Made by a program: the position numbers and the translations under genes. Below are positions 56,196-64,000 of a stretch of 64,000 bases of DNA, piece after piece (the first letter of the stretch is position 1; every line of letters starts with the position of its first letter). The notes under the pieces were generated by a model. That model was not told the origin of the DNA. It searched no databases and saw only the letters and a list, made by a program, of their open reading frames with translations. Location of the stretch: the NCBI GenBank assembly GCA_022820485.1, contig JAJEFJ010000099.1, positions 34,942 to 98,941 on the forward strand, in the 5' to 3' direction. The DNA comes from Candidatus Latescibacterota bacterium (lineage in GTDB: Bacteria > Latescibacterota > UBA2968 > UBA8231).

Positions 56196-57684
56196 GTCCG
56201 TAGAGCGCTCCGAACTTCTCCCACAAGTAGGAGATGAAGTAATCGGCGCTCAGTTTCGCGCTCGTGACCTCCTCGACCAATTCGCTGGCCGTCGCCCGCG
56301 AGCCGCGGGCGTGGATTTTCTCGTTGAGCCAAGTTTTGAGCGGCCCGAGTTCGCCCTGCGCGATCTGTGCTTCGAGGTCGGGCAAGTCCTGGTGGGCTTG
56401 GTGAAAAAACTGGGCTGCGTACAGATTGCCCAAGGTGTAGGTTGGAAAATAGCCCAGCAGGCCGCAGGACCAGTGCGTGTCTTGGAGCACGCCAAGGGCG
56501 TCGTTGGGAGGACGGATGCCCAAGTATTGTTCCATCCGCTCGTTCCACACCTCGGGCAACTCGGCCACGGCAACTTGTCCCTCAATGAGGTCGCACTCCA
56601 GTTCAAAACGCAGCAGGATGTGGAGGTTGTACGTCACCTCGTCGGCCTCGACCCGGATCAGCGATGGCTCGACTTGATTGACCGCCGCGTAAAAGGCGTC
56701 TAGATCGACCGCGCTGAGTTGCTGGGGGAAAAGCGCTTGCAGCTTGGGCAGGTAGTGCGTCCAAAAGGCTTTACTACGGCCGACCATGTTCTCCCACAGC
56801 CGCGATTGCGACTCGTGAATGCCCAGCGAGACGCTCTCGCCGGCCGGGGTGCCGATCGCATCGGCGGGCAGGCCCTGTTCGTACAGCCCGTGCCCGGCCT
56901 CGTGGATGGTGCCAAAGAGCGAGCCGGGCAGCCAATCGGCACTGTAGCGCGTGGTCAGCCGCACGTCGTCGCGGGACGTACCCGCGCAAAACGGATGCAC
57001 CGCCAAGTCGAGCCGTCCGGCCTCCAGGTCAAAGCCCATGTCTGCTAACACTTGTTGTCCCAACTGCTCTTGTTGCTCGATGGGGTATTCTTGGTCGAGT
57101 ACGCCCCGCGCCGGGTACTGTCCGGTAGCGGTGATTTGTTCAACTAGTGGTACGAGTTGCTCTTTGAGTTGGGCAAAAACTGGGGCGATTTCCTCGGCCC
57201 GCGCATAAGGTTCGTACTCGTTGAGCAGCGCGTTGTACATCGCGCCTTCGTAGCCGACCCGCTCGGCGACCTCCTTTTTGAGCGCGACGATTTTCTCCAG
57301 CCAAGGCTGGAAAAGGGAGAAGTCCGATTTTTCCCGCGCCTCGATCCAAGCCTCGTGTCCCAAGGACTCGGTCTGGCTTAGCTCGATGACTAGTTCCTTG
57401 GGGAGCTTGAGCGACCGGCTCTGCTGGCGGTCGATTTCGCGGACGTTGACGGCTGCGTCGCCTGTTAGATTGGCGTCTTTGAGGTCGGCTACGAGTGAGA
57501 CCAACTCTGGGGCAGTGAGCCGCTCGTGGTACAGACCGGCCAAGGTCCCCATTGCTCTGGCCCGCATGGCTGCGCCGCGCGGCGGCATGTAGGTCTCTTG
57601 GTCCCAGCTCATCAGCCCCTGCGCGTGGTGTATGTCAGCCAGTTCGTGGAGGCGTTCTACAAAGGTTTCATACGTCCTGCTCAT
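56185..57684 (-). CDS. Carboxypeptidase Taq-type metallopeptidase (M32)
   Basis: 499 aa. GLMSWDQETYMPP, HPF, IHEAGHGLYEQG (HExxH), and IRVEADEVTYNLHI. Confidence 0.85.
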   Translation of the reverse strand: MSRTYETFVERLHELADIHHAQGLMSWDQETYMPPRGAAMRARAMGTLAGLYHERLTAPELVSLVADLKDANLTGDAAVNVREIDRQQSRSLKLPKELVIELSQTESLGHEAWIEAREKSDFSLFQPWLEKIVALKKEVAERVGYEGAMYNALLNEYEPYARAEEIAPVFAQLKEQLVPLVEQITATGQYPARGVLDQEYPIEQQEQLGQQVLADMGFDLEAGRLDLAVHPFCAGTSRDDVRLTTRYSADWLPGSLFGTIHEAGHGLYEQGLPADAIGTPAGESVSLGIHESQSRLWENMVGRSKAFWTHYLPKLQALFPQQLSAVDLDAFYAAVNQVEPSLIRVEADEVTYNLHILLRFELECDLIEGQVAVAELPEVWNERMEQYLGIRPPNDALGVLQDTHWSCGLLGYFPTYTLGNLYAAQFFHQAHQDLPDLEAQIAQGELGPLKTWLNEKIHARGSRATASELVEEVTSAKLSADYFISYLWEKFGALYGLSR

Positions 57685-57716
57685 GGCGTTGCCTTTCCTT
57701 GCGTTGGATTAATTGA

Positions 57717-57891
57717 CTTGAAAACGACGGGTTTGCCCCAAATCGGGATTTTCTGGTAGCGCTTTTCATAGGGAAACCAGAAGAATACGGATTAAAAATC
57801 GAGATTTTCCATTTCCAAAATTTAATCTGTATAACTCGTTGTTGAGCAGTCAGTTACGAAAATAGCAGGACTGAAACCTGTCGTTTTTAAG
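57717..57891. repeat. About 175-bp intergenic segment bounded by an imperfect 20-bp inverted repeat
   Basis: cttgaaaacgacgggtttgc (57717..) pairs with tgaaacctgtcgtttttaag (..57891), 17 of 20 complementary by eye. An internal direct repeat aaatcgRgattttc occurs at about 57740 and 57796. Confidence 0.5.
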
Positions 57892-57936
57892 TAATTGAGG
57901 TTACGCATCGTACGAATTGTCGGGGCCTGTGCGTAA

Positions 57937-58081
57937 ATCACTTAGGTTACTGATGTCACGCATCTGCGCCTGTAGGGGCGTCCCTTGTGGGCGCCCAAGC
58001 GACACCGCGCATTCAGCCAGCGGGATCCTACGAGGGCAACCACAAGAGTTGCCCCTACAATGCGTAGCATCACTTAGGTTA
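57937..58081. repeat. REP/BIME-like element: two inverted GC-rich hairpin units between 13-bp direct repeats
   Basis: atcacttaggtta occurs at 57937..57949 and 58069..58081. Unit A is tgtaggggcgtcccttgtgggcgccc (57971..57996). Unit B is gagggcaaccacaagagttgcccctaca (58032..58059), whose reverse complement is tgtaggggcaactcttgtggttgccctc. Confidence 0.6.
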
Positions 58082-58160
58082 AATTAACGGTTGCTCCCAA
58101 GCGAATTTTTGCGTGTCTTCTGTCCATCAATCTGTGACCCCATCATCCTCGGAGGCTCCC

Positions 58161-59390
58161 ATGAAGATCACCCACGCTGAAGCCATTGCCCTCAACATCC
58201 CTTTCTACGCCGATCACGTCACCCGCGCCATGCAGCGCGCCTCTACCCACGACGAACGCGTGTGGGTGGTGCGCTTGGAGACGGACAACGGCCTCGTCGG
58301 CTGGGCTGACAACCACGGCCAGCCATCGGTTGATGGCCTCGTCGGGCAAAACCCGGCCAGCCTGATAAACCGCGACGATATTGGCTTTGGGGCGCAAGTC
58401 GCCTGCCTCGACCTAGTGGGCCAAGACAACGGCGTGCCCGTACACGAACTGCTCGGCGTCAAGCTCCGCGACCGCTGCCCCATATCTTGGTGGGATATAG
58501 ATATGCCGCCCCAAGACTGGGTCGCCGAGGCCGAGGAATCACTAAGGCGCGGGTACACCACCTTTAAGATGAAGGCCCGCCCGTGGCGCGACATCATCGC
58601 CCAAACCGATGCGGTCGCCAAGGTCGTCCCAGCCGACTACAAATTCGACGTTGACTTCAACGGCTTCTTGCTCAATCAAGCCAAGGCCGAGATCATCCTG
58701 CAACAGCTCGACGAAAACCCCAATGTCGGCATGTACGAAAGCCCGTTTTACCTGCACTCGGACGTAGATGGCGCGCGGATTTTGCGCGAGCGGGTGCGCA
58801 AACCCATTGTCGAGCACTACCAAGACCAATATCTGCGCAACGACTGCTGCGATGGTTTCGTCATCGGCGGCGGCGCGACCGATACCCGGCGGACGGCAAC
58901 GCTCGCGGCCGCCCAGAACAAGCCCTTTTGGCTCCAGCTCGTCGGCGCTGGCATGACCACTACGTATGCGGCCCACCTCGGCTCGGTGCTCTCGCACGCC
59001 CAACTGCCCTATATCACCTGCCACGAGCTGTGGGAGGACGACCTGTTGCAAGAGCCTATCGAAGTCCGCGACGGCTATATGCCGGTTCCAGATGCGCCCG
59101 GCTTGGGCGTCTCGGTGGATGAAGAGGCGATTGCAAAGTACCGGGTGGATCCCGCAGAGCCGACGCCCACACACCGCTACATGGCCCAAAAGCGCATTCT
59201 CCGCGTGTACTGGCCGGGTGACGGCAAAGCGCGGGAGTGGGAATTTACCGCTGAAGCCCACTATCAGCAGGCCTTCTACGCTGGCAACATCCCCGGTTTT
59301 GAGCAAGGCGTCGATTTAGAAGTGATTGAGGACGACAACAGCGCGGCCTTCCAAAAGCGGCACGAGGCTCTGTTGGCGCAGGGGCGCTAG
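58161..59390 (+). CDS. Enolase-superfamily enzyme (mandelate racemase/muconate lactonizing type)
   Basis: ATG at 58161 preceded by GGAGG (the track ORF starts at 58113). FKMKARPW, DVDFNG, MYESPF. Confidence 0.7.
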   Translation: MKITHAEAIALNIPFYADHVTRAMQRASTHDERVWVVRLETDNGLVGWADNHGQPSVDGLVGQNPASLINRDDIGFGAQVACLDLVGQDNGVPVHELLGVKLRDRCPISWWDIDMPPQDWVAEAEESLRRGYTTFKMKARPWRDIIAQTDAVAKVVPADYKFDVDFNGFLLNQAKAEIILQQLDENPNVGMYESPFYLHSDVDGARILRERVRKPIVEHYQDQYLRNDCCDGFVIGGGATDTRRTATLAAAQNKPFWLQLVGAGMTTTYAAHLGSVLSHAQLPYITCHELWEDDLLQEPIEVRDGYMPVPDAPGLGVSVDEEAIAKYRVDPAEPTPTHRYMAQKRILRVYWPGDGKAREWEFTAEAHYQQAFYAGNIPGFEQGVDLEVIEDDNSAAFQKRHEALLAQGR

Positions 59391-60397
59391 TCGCGCTGCC
59401 GAGCGATCACTTCGTAATCCGTCAGCGCGTAGCCAATGCCCACGTAGTCGAGCAGGTTGAGCAGCGCCCGCAGCGCGACCCCGAAACCATCGACGCCGCT
59501 GAAGCCGCCGAACTGCCCGCCGCCCTTTAGGTGTGGCTCTAGGTCGAGGAACACGCCGGGGACTCCCTGCTGTTTCAACTCGTGCTCTAGGGCTGGGATG
59601 CGGGTGCGGAAGTCGCGCAATATGGCCTCGTGCGCAGAGTCGCCGCGGTCGGCGGGCACGAAGTTTTTCAGCCGCTCCTCATCTACAACGCCCTCCCATT
59701 GGAGAGCCGGGTCGATCTTGTAGTCCTTGATGTGCATCCAGCCAATTCCCTCGCGCATCGCATGGTACTCGGCTAAGGTCTCGACCGGGGTGAAGTTTTG
59801 GCTCGACAGATTGCCGCCGTCGAAAATCAGGCACAAGTTGGGGTGGTCCACCATCTCGAATAGCTCTTGCAGGAGCCGCCCGTTCTGGCCGACGAGATTG
59901 GCCTCGACCTCTAGGCCGAAAATGGTCTCGCCCCGGCTGCAGACTTCGGCGATTTGCGCCAGCCGCTCGGCCGCTGGCTCTACGTAATTCGCTGGATCCT
60001 CGCCCTGGGGGTGGTAAAACGAGAACCCGCGAATCAGCCGCGTCTCGAACTCGCCAGCCAGATCTACGGCCCGCTGCACGTCCTGTTGCAAGTATTGGTC
60101 GAATGGGATGTAGGCATTCGAAGAGCCGTCTTCCACATCGAGCAGCTTGACCTTGCCAATCGGCGAGCCGATCGAAGCCACTGCAATCCCGAATTCGCCG
60201 TGCAATTGGCGCAGCCGCGCTATCTCGGGCTGCGTTAGCTGCATCACATTTTTGACGCCCTGTCCCACATCGACAAAGCGCAAGCTGTAGTGCGACATGC
60301 CCAGCGTCGCGAGCATGGCTAGCTGGGCTTCAGCCTTTTTGTCCTTTGGTCCCTCGTCGGCAAAGCCGCTGATGATCACTTTGGGTGTTTCGCGCAT
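59387..60397 (-). CDS. TIM-barrel sugar phosphate isomerase/epimerase-like protein
   Basis: 336 aa. FGLEVEAN...IFDGGN...HIKDY resembles xylose-isomerase-like fold families. Confidence 0.55.
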   Translation of the reverse strand: MRETPKVIISGFADEGPKDKKAEAQLAMLATLGMSHYSLRFVDVGQGVKNVMQLTQPEIARLRQLHGEFGIAVASIGSPIGKVKLLDVEDGSSNAYIPFDQYLQQDVQRAVDLAGEFETRLIRGFSFYHPQGEDPANYVEPAAERLAQIAEVCSRGETIFGLEVEANLVGQNGRLLQELFEMVDHPNLCLIFDGGNLSSQNFTPVETLAEYHAMREGIGWMHIKDYKIDPALQWEGVVDEERLKNFVPADRGDSAHEAILRDFRTRIPALEHELKQQGVPGVFLDLEPHLKGGGQFGGFSGVDGFGVALRALLNLLDYVGIGYALTDYEVIARQRD

Positions 60398-60510
60398 GAA
60401 ATTCTCCTGGAAATTCTCCTAAGTATAGAACTTGTGCAGACCTTGACAAAATTCACCTTCACTGCTGTCTTAGGGCTTTTCGCAACCCAACCCTATAGAA
60501 GAAACTAAGG

Positions 60511-63066
60511 ATGAAACCTCTATATCGCCTCCATATCATTCCGTCCCTGCCCGAGCAACTGACGCCGCTATGGGAGCTAGGGCACAACCTCTGGTGGAGT
60601 TGGAGCAAGGAAACTATCCGCACCCTCTACCAGATTGACCCGGAAGTGTGGGTCGAGAGCCAACGCGATCCCCTGCGCTTTTGGACTCTCCTGCAGCCGG
60701 AACAGCTCGACGCCCTAATCGACGACGAGCAACTGCGGGGCCGCATCGAGCGCGTCGTCGAGCAATTCGAGGGCTATTTGTCGCAGCCGACGTGGTTTGG
60801 CCAGACGCACGGCGAAAGCCAAATGCAGGTTGCGTACTTCTCGGCGGAATTCGGCCTGACCGAGAGTCTGCGCATCTATTCCGGGGGCTTGGGCGTGCTC
60901 GCCGGTGACCATCTCAAGGCTGCCAGTGATCTAGGCATTCCCTTCGTCGGAGTCGGTTTGCTCTACCGCGAAGGCTATTTCCGCCAAGCCCTCAACGCCG
61001 ATGGCTGGCAGATAGAGCGCAATCCAGAAAACGACTTCTACCAGATGCCCGTACAGCCGGTCCACGGCGGCGATGGAGAGCACCTGAGCATTGAGGTTCC
61101 CTTTGCCCACGGCTCGGTGCAGGCGCGGATCTGGCAGGTGCAGGTGGGCCGGGTGCAGCTCTATTTGCTCGATACCAATCTCGACGAAAACGCCCCGGCG
61201 GACCGCGATATTACCGCCCGCCTCTACGGCGGCGACGCGGCCATGCGCATCCGGCAGGAGATTCTCCTCGGCATCGGCGGCCTGCGCGCCCTGCAAGCCG
61301 TGGGCATCGAACCCACTGTCTGCCACATGAACGAGGGGCACTCGGCCTTTTTGGCCCTAGAGCGGATTCGGCGGTTAATGACCGAGCACGGCTATTCGTT
61401 TGCCACGGCCCGCGAGGCCAGCATCGTCGGCAATGTGTTCACCACGCACACGCCGGTCGCCGCAGGCAACGACTGGTTTCCCGCGCACTTGATTGAGGCG
61501 CACTTGGGCTATTTCCGCGAGTGGCTCGGCCTGTCGCACGAGGAATTTATCGGCTTGGGCCGGGTTGATCCCCGCGATCCCCACGCCGACTTCTGCATGA
61601 CGGTTTTGGCGCTCCGGCTTTCGGGCCGAGCCAATGGCGTCAGTCGGCTGCACGGCGCGGTTAGTCGCCGCATGTGGCAGGGCCTGTGGCCCGACTTTGC
61701 CGAGCGCGAAATCCCCATCGGCCACGTCACCAACGGCGTCCATCTCCACACGTGGATTTCGCTGGAAATGGCCGAGTTGTTCGACCGCTATCTCGGCGAC
61801 ACTTGGCGGTTGGTATCGGCTGACGAGCGGGACTGGGACCCGGTCTATCAGATCCCCGACCGCGAGTTGTGGGACACGCACCAGCAGCGGCGCAAGCGGC
61901 TGATTGACGTGACTTGCCATCACTTGCGCCAGCAGCTACAGGGCCAAGGTGTACCGAAGGCCAAAATTGAACAAACCTTAGCGCGGCTCGACCCCGAGGT
62001 GCTGACCATTGGCTTTGCCCGCCGCTTTGCCACCTACAAGCGCGGCAACCTGATCTTCCGCCATATTGAGCGGCTCAAGGCCCTGTTCTCCGACGCGGAG
62101 CGGCCCGTGCAGATGCTCTTCGCTGGCAAGGCCCATCCCCACGACGACGCGGGCAAAGAGCTGATCCGCCAAATCGTCCACCTCGCACGGCAAGCGCCCT
62201 TTAATGGCCGGATTTTCTTTTTGCAAGACTACGACATGAACCTCGCCCGCTATTTGGTGCAAGGGTGCGATGTCTGGCTCAACAACCCTCGCCGCCCCTT
62301 GGAGGCTTCGGGCACGTCGGGCATGAAGGCTGCGGTCAATGGCGTGCTCAACGTCAGCGTATGCGATGGCTGGTGGGACGAAGCCTGCGACGACCACGCT
62401 GGTTGGACCATTGGCCGCGGCGAGGACTACGACGACGAACAGTATCAAGACGCAGTCGAATCCAACTCGCTCTACGACCTGCTAGAGACCGAGGTGATCC
62501 CGCTGTTCTACCAGCGCGATGCAGACGGATTGCCCAGCGGTTGGATCGCCCGCATGAAGGAGACCATTGCCCAGCTTGTGCCGCAGTACAACACGCACCG
62601 CATGGTGCGCGAATACACCGAGCGGTTCTACTTGCCTGGGCAAGCTCGCTTTGCGGAATTGGCGGCTGACCGCGAGCGAGTCCAGCGGCTGACGCATTGG
62701 AAGTCGCACGTGCGCTCCAAGTGGGCGCAGGTCCAGATCGGCGCGGTGGACGCTGAATTTCCTCGGCTGCTCAAGGTGGGGATGCAGGTGCCGTTGCGCG
62801 CCGCAGTGGCCTTGGGCGAGCTAACGCCAGAGGATGTTCGCGTCGAGATCTACGCCGGTCGTCTCAACGCCCAGCGCGAATTTGCGCAGACTGAGGTGTA
62901 TCCGCTGGAATTGGACGGTCGGAATGGCGATGGCACCTACCACTTCGTCGGCACCTTCACGTGCGCGGCGGCTGGCTCGCACGGCTACACCCTGCGCGTA
63001 GTGCCCTCGCACCCCGACTTGCAAAATCCCTTGGAGATGGGGTTGGTCCATTGGGCGAAGGGGTAA
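60511..63066 (+). CDS. glgP: Alpha-glucan (glycogen/maltodextrin) phosphorylase, GT35, DUF3417-type N-terminus
   Basis: 851 aa. LWELGHNLWWSW, YFSAEFG...IYSGGLGVLAGDHLKAASDLG, and EASGTSGMKAAVNG (PLP-lysine block). Confidence 0.9.
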   Translation: MKPLYRLHIIPSLPEQLTPLWELGHNLWWSWSKETIRTLYQIDPEVWVESQRDPLRFWTLLQPEQLDALIDDEQLRGRIERVVEQFEGYLSQPTWFGQTHGESQMQVAYFSAEFGLTESLRIYSGGLGVLAGDHLKAASDLGIPFVGVGLLYREGYFRQALNADGWQIERNPENDFYQMPVQPVHGGDGEHLSIEVPFAHGSVQARIWQVQVGRVQLYLLDTNLDENAPADRDITARLYGGDAAMRIRQEILLGIGGLRALQAVGIEPTVCHMNEGHSAFLALERIRRLMTEHGYSFATAREASIVGNVFTTHTPVAAGNDWFPAHLIEAHLGYFREWLGLSHEEFIGLGRVDPRDPHADFCMTVLALRLSGRANGVSRLHGAVSRRMWQGLWPDFAEREIPIGHVTNGVHLHTWISLEMAELFDRYLGDTWRLVSADERDWDPVYQIPDRELWDTHQQRRKRLIDVTCHHLRQQLQGQGVPKAKIEQTLARLDPEVLTIGFARRFATYKRGNLIFRHIERLKALFSDAERPVQMLFAGKAHPHDDAGKELIRQIVHLARQAPFNGRIFFLQDYDMNLARYLVQGCDVWLNNPRRPLEASGTSGMKAAVNGVLNVSVCDGWWDEACDDHAGWTIGRGEDYDDEQYQDAVESNSLYDLLETEVIPLFYQRDADGLPSGWIARMKETIAQLVPQYNTHRMVREYTERFYLPGQARFAELAADRERVQRLTHWKSHVRSKWAQVQIGAVDAEFPRLLKVGMQVPLRAAVALGELTPEDVRVEIYAGRLNAQREFAQTEVYPLELDGRNGDGTYHFVGTFTCAAAGSHGYTLRVVPSHPDLQNPLEMGLVHWAKG

Positions 63067-63218
63067 GGGACGCGTCGATCAAACAGAAACGCTTGGCCTT
63101 GTAAGACGAATCGCCAGCGACCCTCTTTGTGTGCGACGATAGAGAAAATAAGCCATCGTTACCCCATTATGGGGAGTATCGACGAGATCGGAAAACCTAA
63201 CCAAGGAGTAAAACGCTG

Positions 63219-63749
63219 ATGCAACGACAGATAGTAGTCCTTTTATCCCTGATGTTTCTTGCTTCTTGCGGAGACGACAATCCCGTCGCGCCTGCCGAAA
63301 AGCTCGACAAGAATCTCGTCGGTTCGTGGGTTTTTGACAGTACCGACTTTATCGACACGATGGCAGCCGGTATGACAGAATTCCTGCGCGATGAGGGCGT
63401 TTCTCAAGACGTTATAAGGACGACTATCGCCGAGTTTCGCACCGAGGTTTCCGGCATGGATGAACTGTTTCGTCTGACCCTTCGCTTCAATGCCGATGGA
63501 TCGTACGAAGACGACCACGGAGGTCGTGGTACATGGTGGGTTGAAGGCAACATATTGATCCAAGCCGGAAATGGCGAAGAGGAGCGAATCAGGTATTTCG
63601 TCGATGGCGACGACCTCACCTTCATTTTCGATTACGAGTTTTTGATGGATAGCTTCCGCGAAGATGGAGATTTAACCGATGAAGAGCTTGTATTTATCCG
63701 TATTTTAGACGAGGACGTAAAAATCCGCTTCTTCTTCAAGCGCAAGTAA
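63219..63749 (+). CDS. Lipoprotein, unknown function
   Basis: 176 aa. The lipobox is LMFLASCGDD. AAGGAG lies upstream. Confidence 0.55.
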   Translation: MQRQIVVLLSLMFLASCGDDNPVAPAEKLDKNLVGSWVFDSTDFIDTMAAGMTEFLRDEGVSQDVIRTTIAEFRTEVSGMDELFRLTLRFNADGSYEDDHGGRGTWWVEGNILIQAGNGEEERIRYFVDGDDLTFIFDYEFLMDSFREDGDLTDEELVFIRILDEDVKIRFFFKRK

Positions 63750-64000
63750 GGCAGTTGCTCTGCGTCAATGTCGGCGCGTTCCGCATTAACCGCGTGCGCT
63801 CGTAATGTGCGCTCGCTTCAATAACTATACCCGGGATTATGGCTATAAGTGGTTTTAAAACTCCGGGTTCGGTTCTTTGTGTGTAGAAAAAGCGTCGGAT
63901 GAGAGGCATCCCATCCTATGAAAAGCGCTCAAGGCGAAGGCTCTTGACGGCCCTTGATGCGACCTGACGCTAGTTTTGAAACCAGCTCTAGATAAGGTCC

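Overview
A 64-kb stretch of a GC-rich bacterial chromosome. I saw no rRNA, tRNA, CRISPR array, integrase or transposase. All family names below come from reading motifs by eye in the supplied translations and in my own hand translations; nothing was searched.

The metabolic and housekeeping backbone includes sulfatases, a TPP enzyme with an Ldh_2 dehydrogenase, enolase-superfamily and TIM-barrel enzymes, 1-Cys peroxiredoxin, ssb, serC, glcDF-like genes, pepA, M19 and M32 peptidases, and glgP.

Four segments that look more AT-rich by eye interrupt this backbone and are packed with conflict genes:
- (i) 0.2-5.6 kb: a decayed Type III R-M locus (mod and res both deleted and frameshifted) with an intact hicAB between mod and res. 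It is flanked by a DUF4258 TA pair, vapBC and small gene scars.
- (ii) 18.6-26.2 kb: an unassigned two-gene module (a membrane coiled-coil protein plus a membrane-anchored vWA-like protein), an orphan RHH antitoxin, a BfiI-like PLD-nuclease R-M system with two SPPY methyltransferases, and an orphan ORF.
- (iii) 36.5-46.8 kb: one nine-gene minus-strand array. It holds three unassigned genes (one of them MBL-fold), a 1025-aa Mod, two MNT/HEPN pairs and a 1047-aa Res, bounded by a scar of another mod gene.
- (iv) 53.3-55.2 kb: an ABC-type ATPase plus a DUF4276 gene, the latter split by a 69-bp TA-flanked MITE-like insertion.

The best candidates for an undescribed system are 18749-20964 and 44248-46627.
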